DNA from: Antedon mediterranea
Lineage: Eukaryota > Animalia > Echinodermata
NCBI RefSeq assembly: GCF_964355755.1
Contig: NC_092674.1
Coordinates: forward strand, 13,020,001 to 13,084,000
DNA length: 64,000 bases
Direction of reading: 5' to 3'
The notes beneath the pieces were generated by a model. The model had not been told where the DNA came from, ran no database searches, and saw nothing but the letters and a program-made list of their open reading frames with translations. Within the stretch, counting starts at the first letter, position 1; every line of letters begins with the position of its first letter. The position numbers were made by a program, and so were the translations under genes. Of this stretch, positions 12,501-24,500 are shown in pieces.

Positions 12501-15500
12501 GAAACCTTCTATTTTGACCTTTGAACTATTGAGGTAGGCATAGTTATTTTTATAGACATCTTGGTGATCGATAGGATACAAAATTGATTTCAAAATTTAT
12601 AACTTTGACCCTAAATTCTCAATACCGCATCAACTGCTGGCCGTAGAGACTTCCAAATTGTCCTAAATTAAGCAGTGTACCCAACTCTCTATTCACTGTA
12701 AAGAAAAATACTAAAAGCCTTTAGAAACCACCTATTTTGCCATTTGAACTATTTTTCTGGCCAATACAATATTTTATATCATAATTATATAGAAATCTTG
12801 GTGATCGATAGGAATACATAAGCGAATTTGTTGTCAAAATATTCCAAAACACCCATGTTTTTTACCTTTGACTTTAATCACTACATTATGATTTAATAAT
12901 TTAAGTATTTGTATAGCGTTCGTCGATATACATCACACGACGTAACGCTTCGGAAATGTTCGCCTGGAAACTACAGTACATAATATTCTGGTCCCTGGAT
13001 GGAACATGATATCACGTGTAAACCGCAATGGGCCGGGCCCAATGCAGTGCGTACAAATTGTTTATTAGATCGCTGGCAATAATGCATGCATATAAAGTGT
13101 AATAGCCCTCCGACGTACTAACAAAAATGGAACGTCGCGGTTTTCTAGGCGCTGAAGCTGCGAAGTGAACACGAATAATTTTTACTGTATAATATTCCCC
13201 GACGAAAGTACTCGCGTTCCCCGCTAGGCTCCCCGACGAGGTGGCTATACAGCCCCCGTAGATTATTCACAACTTACTTGGTTTTTGCGATTTAAATCAG
13301 CATGCTGGGCTAATGCTATGCAGCTTGCAGTTTGACCTACGCTAGCAGCTAACAAGAGTGGTGTATTTCCATCCTAAAAAAATAGAATATAATATTTCAT
13401 ACAATATTACAAACTTCTTAGCAACGAGGAGGCATGGTTATTAATGTGTTTAATTTGTTTAAACACATTAATACTAACTATTCATATATCTTTTTAAGTC
13501 ATTTAATTCAGTCATGATTTTAACTTTTCATAAATAAAAGTTTACACAGTGAAGATATAATACACTGATCCATTCCATATTCTTTCAAAAACAAACATCC
13601 ATATTTTTATTGTTTTTTCCTGTGCAAACATGGTTTTATACTGCTACAATACTATCTATACATGTTGGTACTGTATTACTAAAAAAATTTAATATATATT
13701 GTTATAATCAAAATACAACTAATATGACCATTCTAAAACTTCTGATGAAGTTTTATAAATTTCTGTAAATAAATCAATGATTGAAATGATAAAATAATGG
13801 CATTTCAACAAAGTATTAAAAAGGCTGTGTACATCATAAGTTAACAGTTTTTAGTCTCACTGAGCTTTATATCTCCATGATTTGGTAGACTGTGTTTGTA
13901 TTTATTTGTGTTTGTATCTGTGTATTTGTATTTGAACAGCAATTAACATTAATAAAATATAATATAAATACAATTGAAGGTTTTCAATGTAAATTATTTT
14001 AAATAAGATAATTTACATTGTCAAATCTCACTCTGAATACATTTAACTCGATTTCACATTAAAAGTTAGAGTGTGGTAAGACCTTAAACAAACAATAAAT
14101 TAATAGGACACATTATAACAATATTTAATATAAAAAACTCATTACAATCCAGCAGAGAAATAATATTGAAAAAGGTTTTCATAACATTGCAGAAGTAATT
14201 AATTTTCTTCCTGGTCACCTTATTCCAGCTGTGACAATTGTATTATCATCGCTCTGCACAACCATGAAGAAACATCAGAATGGTTGACAATATTATAATT
14301 ATTAATAAAGGACAATAGGAAAAGGATCTGATCCTATTATAATGCACTTTTATATGATCTAGCGAACTTAAGTAGAGCAATAAGGTGCAAATGCTATTCA
14401 TATAATTAATTCACGTCACCATCGATAACATGTTATGTAATACAAGACTATGTAAACAATGAAACTTTATAAAATGATTTTATATTTTTAATATTTTTTT
14501 AAACGTTTTTAACATTTTTAGCCTATTTGAATTTTAGCAATTTATAAATTGTAAGGTTTTAGGAACATTCTAATGGTTTTAATCCTTTTAAAGCTGTTTT
14601 TAATCCCTTTAAAGCTGTTTTAAACTATTTTAATCTCCTAAATCCTATTCAATTTTTATACCTTGTCATTTTTACACCGTGTTTCATAACTTATATTTTT
14701 TTGTGCAATTATGTGTGTGTACATTATATATTTTATTGTATATCTATTTATTATTTTACTAATAATTGTCAATCTTCAAGAAGAATTTCTGTTGTTATTT
14801 TATGATGATGATTGACAAATAAAGCTTTTCAGTATTCAGTATTCAGTGTCTGTGCAGATTGTGTTGGAAGGCATTGGATAATAAGACACAAATAAGTGTA
14901 CAAGTGTGTCATTAGCTGTGAATGGTAGGCTGCACTATCAAAGACGGGTAGATGTTATTGTGTTCGGTGTATTTTAATACACCAAACACACTATTTAAAA
15001 ATAGTTTCAAAAAGAGATGATAGCATTCGGTTTATTATAAAGTTGTAGGTATGGTTATATGTTAATGTTAAAAAAACTATAGTGAGGCATTTAATGAATA
15101 GGAAAACTGCCTTAAAATGTGGCATGTTTGGAGAAACTATTCTCATCATCAGAAGAGAATGATAATGTTACTATTGTAGTTTTGATGGAATGAAACTATG
15201 TTATGGAATGAATCTACAAAGGCATATTAGTAGTCGCTGTTTAAATACTGTATTCATTTGGATAATGTTTTCAGACTGATTAAAATGGATATGAAAGGGT
15301 TCCTAGCAATATCATTTTATTGGCTCAACGTGTAGATCAATCAGTTTTAAGCTTGCCATAGTCATACTTAATGTTTTGGAGGACGACAACGCCCTCAAAA
15401 CGCCCCTGAGAAACCTGTGAAAAACTTTTTGTGACGTCACTAAAAGTTATTTTTGTATTACAGAGATAGGAATTTAGCAGTAAATCATTGATTGATGCAA

Positions 15501-18500
15501 AAGCATGGTAGTAATTACTTATTGCTTTGATATTTTTATTCTTGGATAAGTATGTTAGCCTAATCGAATAAAATTAATTCATATTATCAACCAAGTTTTT
15601 TTTAAAACGGATTTTAATTTCGTTTTTCAAGGCCATCTTTTACGAAATTCATAGCCAAATGCCTATCTTGCTGGGTACACGGAGTTATTTTGCGCATGCG
15701 TGAGAATCACAGAGTCGACCACCTTGGCCTCTCTCTCGACCAAAGATCGTATAGCGCCACGTAGTGGCGCTAGCGCCACTTCGTGGCGCTATAGTATCTT
15801 TGCTCTCGACCCTCCTCGCGAGCGATGTTTATTTCGCTATTTATTATACACGTATTATTGAAACATTCATTTTATTATTATTTCGTTGTAATTAACTGAA
15901 ATTGATGGAAATTCGTCCACATCGTCTTGTTAACACGGGTGTTAACATCGTTTTGAAGAAACGGTTGGACGAGTAAATGGTGTTTGACAATGCCATGGCC
16001 TGGAGCTAGCTAGGCCTAGCCTAGGCCTTTTTAGTAGTGATGACTGCTGGATACGGTGTTTAGTCGCCCGGCCAGAGGTGAGCTGAGAGCGTATGCTCCT
16101 TGATGTATCGTTGAGGGTGTTAATGGTAGGCACAATTGTGTTACTGTATTATGTATATACACATTATTTATAAGTACGTTTATTAATATTGTTGTGTGCT
16201 GTAGTGTCCTGACTAACGTATTATTAAAATATTTTTTTGTTATTACATGCCGCCCTACTAGCTAGTAGGCTAGGCAACACTGAATACTAAATATTATGAT
16301 TCCCAATAAAATGAATAGAGTTGGATTTTCTCTAATGTAGTAATAAAGGTTATAACAGGCCAGGCCTAGTTAGGGGTATTTCAGCTTGTATCATATACAG
16401 TACAATATACAGTACAGTATACAGTAAATAAACAATTCATTTGTATTTTTACCTACCTACAGGTCTATAATTGGAGTGCAATTATGATAATTGATGGACG
16501 GGATAAGCAAATGTATTTATTGATTGGAATGGAAGCGCAAATGTTAGAGTAAAATTATAATATTAAGGTAACAGATACTGAGCATTGCTATTTTAAACTG
16601 TTGATCAAACCTACATAATACATTATACTAAATTATTTTGTTTTGAGGGCAGATAAACATGTGCTTATTCATTTTAATTTTTTCAGGTGAATAGAAAGAT
16701 ACCCAGAGTACTTTATAATAGATGCTACTTGGATCATGCTTGCACGATACATTTATGCAGTATACTAAGACACCAAGTATAGAATGAGCGCAGACAATTA
16801 AAATTACAGAACTAAATATTTATGAAGAATAGTAAAATATGCATAATAGAATTCTTTAGACGCGAGCGCTAGGGTTACAGTCATACTGTAACTATGGTAA
16901 TGTACTACCAGACAGTACACTAGTAGCAGTGCATCATATAGTGTTTGTTTTTAACCATCTAAATGGGTCTGGGTATATAAACAAATAAACCACTACTGTA
17001 CTTCTTTTTTTATTTATTTAGCCAAATACTATGTACAATGGACATTTATGAAAGAATCCATCTCTTGAATATGATGGAGCTGGCTGGTGTTGATAGAATT
17101 AAAATGTATCACTCAGGTCTCAAAAGTAATTTATGTCCTGTTTGAAAAATCCTGCTTGTTCCAAACTCATTATGATACATTTGTTCAATAAAATTCATTC
17201 CACACACTATTTCTGCCATATAATTTGATGTTTACAATTTTATTACTAGTACTATTACAGTTCTTCAAAGCCATCTCATGTACTGTTGATTCCATAAATC
17301 TGCAAAGATAAGACCAATAAATGGATGGAAATGTACTATTATTTTTATTCAATCCTACCTCTAGGCCCTATAGTATTATATTTTATGACTTGGTAACAAA
17401 CAGAAAGAGGTTATTATTTAATTACACTACAGTTACTAACTAAACTATAATAATCCTCTCGGCCTCACCTCCTCTGCTCTACTTTAATTATTAGTATTAT
17501 TATATTACTATATTAGTCAATAACAAAAGTCAGAGCCAAAAACAAGTTCAACACAAGCTTACCTTTTTTATTTACGTCGCCTTTTACATACGTCTACGCC
17601 CGCGCCTTGTCCACTTCCTGGAGGTTCGTCGGTGGACCGGCGACTGCTACTCTCTTGTACTGTAGGCCATGGAGTAACTCCATGTGTAGGCCTAGCCTAC
17701 TACTAGCGAATTTAGAAGAAACTATAGTCTACTAGACCTAGCCTAATTTGTAGTCTGCGTGAGTGGTTTAGTGTGAGAAGTACAAATACACACTTTCTTC
17801 TTTTCACGTACAATCTTTGCAGACATAACTTTTTATTGATTTGTGAAATATCGATATTTTCTACGACTGCAGCAACAGGGAGCTTGCAACACGCGAGTCT
17901 CGTGTAGCATGGGTTTGTTTATTTTGTTTACACCACACAGTCCGCGAACGAGACAAGGCGGTGATTGGACTGTATTAAAATTCATTAACCAATCACAAAA
18001 CGACTGCTGCCGTGGCTACAACCCCGGGTGTTTCAAACTCTAAATTTGACGATCTCGTACGTGCGTATAGAACGTTCATAAAAATTAAGATGGCGTGCCA
18101 GTTGGTCGGCCATTTTGCGGACGTTTTATACCAAAATTTAATTTGTTTATTTCTCAATTTCTACTAGGTATTTGAATCTAATTTTTTGTGTGCTGTTTAT
18201 TAACATTAAAAGGATTCATACAAAGTCCTTTTTGTGAAATTTTAAAATCCTTTCATATCCATTTTAAGGTGTATGTATATTCAGATGGGTATACATGTAA
18301 TAGTAAATCCCAGTATTTATAAAAAATGTTAAGCAATATATTTAAACAAATAATTCATGTTTTCAGTTTTATTCAGAAATATATTTATTGATGTTCTGAA
18401 TTAACTTTTGTGACCAAAAAAATATCATGACTTATTTTTGTATGCAATGTTTTTTGTGACAATGTTCTATTAACACACATACCCAATTACGGTAACTAGA

Positions 18501-21500
18501 TGGTACGCTCGCGTACCATCTAGTGCCCACAGATGGTTCTCGAATACACAGTAATTTCAGCGTAACAAAACTGGCGATTTCAAATGTACGTTCCGCAGGA
18601 CTATAATACTATAATTGTCGTATACAGAAACGAATAAATAGACACGATGATTTATGTTGTCAACTAAAATTAGCACCCTGGGAATTACTTCCGAAGGAGA
18701 AACTTATCACAAAATGAGTCCAAATTTTTGATTTGGACTCATTTAAAGAAACCCAATTTGTGTTTTGTATGTAACATTAGGGTTGAGGGATGGGAAAGCG
18801 GATAGGTACAAAGAGGAACAATTTTTAAATATATTCTTTATCCACTCAGTAACGAAATATTTTTTTCATGTTTTATATGCCTATAAATAATATACCTCTA
18901 AATACAGTAAAACATTTGCGATTTAATACTTTGTTAAAACTGTCACTGTCATAATCGATTGAAATATTAAAGTACATGTCACGATACACCACTACGACGT
19001 TTATATTGTTGGTAATTATTAATTAATACAAACGTTGAGAAGGAACTGTCAGTATAAAGTTTATGTGTATATAATAATGTGTTTATATATCTAACAGTAG
19101 AGCCTATCCACAATGTCAGTAATAACGTTTATTTGTATATATTTTTATATTACACCCAACAGTACGAATATTCACAGTAAGAAATGTTCGAATCAAATGA
19201 GGACCAAAAATAGTTAATAGGTATTTACAGTATTGCTCAAGTTTATTCTCATAGGGCCCATATATTTACCTACCGTATGTGTTAAACCAAGGGCTCATAA
19301 ATCTAACTACTTGTGTTAAACCAAACTCTGGCAGACTGAGAGATTGGGATGTTCCATTCATCGCAAATCAATACATTTGTATAATCGTATATTAAATTAT
19401 CAAAATAGTATTTTTTTTACATTATGATGCTGTACTCTAGCTGTTCAACCAGTTTTCAGCTATTAAAAACAATTATCGTAGGAGGAGATAGGAAAATGCG
19501 AAGCCTCCTCGCATTTTTGTGGCGGGTATTTTTCAAGATGGACATCCATTAGACAGTGTATACCACGATCGGAAAACACCCCTATTTGGGGGCAAATCGT
19601 TGAACCTAAATTCGTTTTAATCGTCAATAACTAATTATCTAACTTAATTTAATTAGTAAACAGGGTTACATCAGGTGGTTAAAATCAGTACCGAAAGTAC
19701 GAACCAACTTTATATACCATCGAGTAAAAACATCTAGAAGTAAGGCGCGATTTACCGAATTTTGCCCTTACGTAAATTTATATATAGATGAAAGGGCGTT
19801 GCAAACTACAGAAAGCCACTAATCTCATATCTGTATTGACATCATGCTCTTGTAGTACTCTTTCATGTGCTGTTATACTTTATGCAACATTCTCTTATAC
19901 ACGATGCTGAATGCACCAATGTAAATTATAATACATTGGTGTTTGCGTTTGAACAAGCAGTTACGACTGACAACGTATCCAAAATGTGTTCAGGTGGTAA
20001 CACATTTTGACTGGTAAATTCCAATTTCATTGGTTTCATTTGCCGTTACTGGGAGTGGATAAGGTTTAAAATAAATGTTTTACCAATGTAACAGGTATGC
20101 TTATACCCAATAATTGAATGATTTATCTGCTGAATTTGACTTGAATCTGAGAAACCTTGTGGGACCTATTAAAGTAAAAGCTGGAATGATAAGTGACCAT
20201 GCTATAAATAGATGAGTCACCTCATCCAAGTGGCGGGTAAACCCTTTGCAAAAAAGCCGTATACGATCCGTATACGCTGAAAACGTATACGACGTATACG
20301 GATCGTATACGATTTCACTGTTTACATTATTTCCACTCTGTTGCTCCACAAAGAGTTGGCGTCGTATACGTTTAGCATACGTAACGTATACGTTGTTTAT
20401 TCATGATAAGAATATCGTATACGGGACGTATACGAATCATATACGAACAAACTAGGCCATTTTATAAATTATAATAGCAGTAATGAGTAGAATAGAGCTA
20501 AATAAAACATTTACAGTACTGACTACATGTCATATACCAAGTCCACACATTTTACACGGGTGTGAAAAACGCGTGACTCGCGTGTAATTATGTACTGAAA
20601 GGACAAACTACATTCACTCATGCATGACGGCACTGAGTAATTCAGCTTCAGCGAACTGCTATCGTTTTTATTCGTATGTTTATCAAACCGAGAGACGACG
20701 GATGTGTCGCGTCAAAACAAAAGATCATTTCCTACGTCTCACAAACAATAGAATAGGAAATAATACGTACAGTGATTATAGCTAATACTTTCTTTCTACT
20801 GTAGTTAAAGTGCTATATAATTCGAATTTTATAACACAGAAAAATGTTAACATGATGTTAAAATTAGATCGTGGAAATATTTCCTAATAATTCGACGTCG
20901 AGAAGAAGTACATAGTGTGTTTCGCTGCATAGCGATCTCTATGGTTACTGTCAATGACCTACTTTAAACAACCCTGGATTTTGCGCGTACTACCTTGTTA
21001 CAACAACTTAATTGCATTCATCCACGTCACAGGGCTTCGTGTGGAAAACCGTCTGTGTGTATACTGTGCCGACAACAGCAGTTTAAATTTTAATGTATCC
21101 TTCAAAAGTGAAAAAGAAAACCGTCCCATTGTTAAAAAATAAATCATAAACGTGTGGCAATTTTGTAGTATTGTATTTTGTTTTATTTTGTGAATTGGAT
21201 TCCGTTATTAATATTGATAAACAAAATATTCATAGAGAGGTATTTTCTAAACTGCATTTTTTAATTATTTTATATTGAAATATTGCTCTGATTTTTATTT
21301 TCGTGGGAACGGAATTTCCTGACGGGCGTTTCCAAATAGACGTCACAGAACAATGTTCAATGTATTGTTTTGTGTGTAGTCAAAGGAATCTATTGTTATT
21401 TTTCTCAATATACAGCGTGTTTATAACAAAATAACAGCACCTGCATAAGCTTGTATGGGTGAAATACATTTGTGTGAAACATTGTCTTCGTCTAGTTAAA

Positions 21501-24500
21501 TTGTAATTAAATGAAAATCCAAGTTGCGCTATGTGTGGGTGGGCGCTACGTTAATGAGAAAAGCTAGCTGGCCAATTGTGTACAATATGTTTGTGCATGT
21601 AAAAAGTTTTATGTTCTCCAGCCAATCAGAGCAGGGCTCACAATCTATAAAGTATGAGCATTTCAATGTTCATGTACCAGTTCAGTTTTCTGAATCAACA
21701 AAATGTTTACATCTATGTCAGCTCGTCAACGTTCAAGTATTCCACGCGAGGCGTTAGTTTACTTTCCCGAAGAAGAAAGTTTAAGTATCGTTAAAACAAA
21801 ATTGATCGTCGGTGATGTTTCGTCTGGAGCAGCAGTCGAGGTGCTATGGGAGGGGAATTTGCTCCCTGCAGTCATCCGCAAACTGTCCAATAATCCCCAT
21901 GAATTGCGTGAATTGGAAAGAAAATTGTTGAAGAGAGGGCAAGCCCAAGACACTGACGTGGATAGCGAAGAAGACTCTGATATTGATACAGATGACGACG
22001 AGCAACCAACAACGTCAAAGCGTGCGGCAATGCTAACAAAAACGTCGACACCGAAACCAAAACAGGCTGCAAAAAAGACGAAGGGCAAAGACGTAAGTTG
22101 ATTAAAAAAAATTTTATTCAATAATTTAACTCTGGGGTTGTTAACACACACACCAACACACATTTCAATGCCCATTTTTTTACTCTAAGACTTTAAACCA
22201 AATTTACGATTTATTTTATCTATTGTACAGGTACCCAGGGTGTTTCTTCGCGGGGACGTAACAGCCGATGGTATGAATGTTGAAGAGTCAGATGTAGAAG
22301 AACCAGAACCTGAAGTACCCCCAGCAGTAGATGTGTTTGACAGTATTGCAGGAATGGAACGGCGACTACGCGAGTACATCGACACAAAACATAATGAAGC
22401 CCCTCCTTGGTTGGCCGACCTGACGCAAAATATAAAAAATATCGTCGCTGAACTGATCGTCCAGGAATTTCAAAATAACCGTGTCGCCGCCCCAGCAGAA
22501 CCAGAGATCCTCGACAACTCGGTGGGTGACGACGTACTGCATAGAGATGTCGTTGCAGAAGTAAAAAGGTGGGCCACGTCTGAAAGAAATTTTGCACTCG
22601 GACTTGTAAGAAAACTATTCACCAAGGATGAGATGCGAATGGGTAACGTTAATGGAAAACAGGGCCAGCAGCAACTAGATGTCGTACGAATACAATGGGT
22701 AAAGGATCGAGTAATCAAATCCTATTCCATTCCATTGAATGAACAAACACGAACGTGGAAGCTTTGTGTGTTAGCAATTGACGAGGGATGCCGGCGTCTG
22801 CGAAATCCAAGACCTCGAGCACCACTCCAACCACGAGCACCGATGCAACAAATTCAACCTGCTGAACCAGTCATCGATTTCTAATTATATCTCAAAACAA
22901 ACGGCTCTTTTCAGAGCCACCAAAAAAACAAAAGAGATTTAAAGCATTTAAAATGGCAAACCCCACATAAAAACCAGTCACCTTCAAAACATACCACATT
23001 AAACTCTAAATAATAATTATTATTATAATAATAAATAACATGTTGTGTGAAATAACACACAACATAAAAAGGCATAAACAAATGAAAATTAATATAATAT
23101 TGACAGATTGAATAATTTCAGGTAAATTTGACGTTTCGATCATTTTCGCAATGTTCAAGTATCTGACTTGATAATTATCAAATTAATTAAGAATTGGAAT
23201 TACCATAGTTTTATTTTGATTAAATTTAAGCATGACCGTACAACATTTCTATTCCATTTTATGTTTTCAATCCCAGGTCTTTTATACTGTGTAGACGCGC
23301 TGTTCACGGTCTAGTGGTCACATAAACAAAACGGAACAACCGTACATGCAACACATAACGCTGCAGTCATGATAATAAATAATTTCTATAGCGCACATAT
23401 CCACTAAAAGTGCTCAATAATTGATAAATTATTTGATGTACTTTTCAAGGCTTAGCATTTCTTAAGTTGTTTGAATAAAACTAATTTCCATATTTTAATG
23501 AATGGAATGTATACTATACTTTTATATTGTATGTAAATATGATGAATGACTCGTTTTTGTAAGTGTGTGTCAAAATGTAAAACTTTCAAATCTCTTTTGT
23601 CAATTTATGGCTCTGAAAAGAGCCGTTTGTTTTGAAAATGTTGGTCTTAAACTTCAGTATCCGGAAGCTCTTCCGTTTCGTTCGATCACGACAGGTATCA
23701 CTTTATGAATATGTCGAATGTATCTGCCGCATAATTCAGGTGTCAATGTGGTCTTCCACCAATTTTCTATGCCATTGATAAGTTCCTGTTGATTTTTTGG
23801 TTTTACATGTCGGCGAAGATTATTCTTCAGTTGATGCCAGACGTTTTCAATCGGGTTGAGATCTGGTGATTCGGGTGGAGTCTTCCACCAATTTATCCCA
23901 TGTTCTTCCATATATCGTGTGGATAAATTACTTGTATGTTTAGGATCATTGTCTTGTTGGAACCTATGTGAATCAGGGAACATGTGACGAATATACGGTT
24001 GCAGCGTAGCCTCAAGTATTTCGTTAACATAAAACTCCGCATTCATGTTTCCCCCGAAAATTAGGAAATTGGTGGCACCTCTGAAACTGATTCCCCCCCA
24101 AACGTGAACCTTTACCGGGTGTTTAGCCTTTGGTTTAAGTTTTGGCTCCTCTCCTTTTTTGTAGAAGCACACCTTTCCATGCTGCTCCAGGTGAATGGAA
24201 GTCTCGTCTGTCCATATCACGTCTTCAAACATATCTCCATCATCTAGCATTCGGGTACAAAATTCTAACCGCTTCACCTTATTTACATCGCGAATCATTT
24301 GGCAGTATTTTGGTCCGCTTTTCTTCCATCCTAACTTGTTTCTTCTTCTTCTTATTGTGGATGCTGAAACATTTAGATCAAATACGTCACGGAAGATACC
24401 CGATATTTGGTAGGAAGTTAACTCATCATCATCTCGGTAAAGGTCGTCAATGAAGTGAGCGTGCTCGATAGTGAATTTTGGTTTACGCCCTGATCGAATT

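Noticed and set aside
12170-13260. Repeat-like block with ~230-bp internal duplication
   Set aside because: Probably a TE relic, but I could not define termini, TSD or family.
21759-22718. Minus-strand ORFs overlapping the BEN gene
   Set aside because: Antisense shadows of the coding strand with no recognisable motifs.
22892-23635. Stem-loops as rho-independent terminators, as TIRs of a MITE, or as remnants of histone genes
   Set aside because: No U-tract and eukaryotic context; no TSD around the pair; no histone-like ORF in any frame nearby. Each copy sits on the sense strand just after a stop with a spaced HDE-like box.
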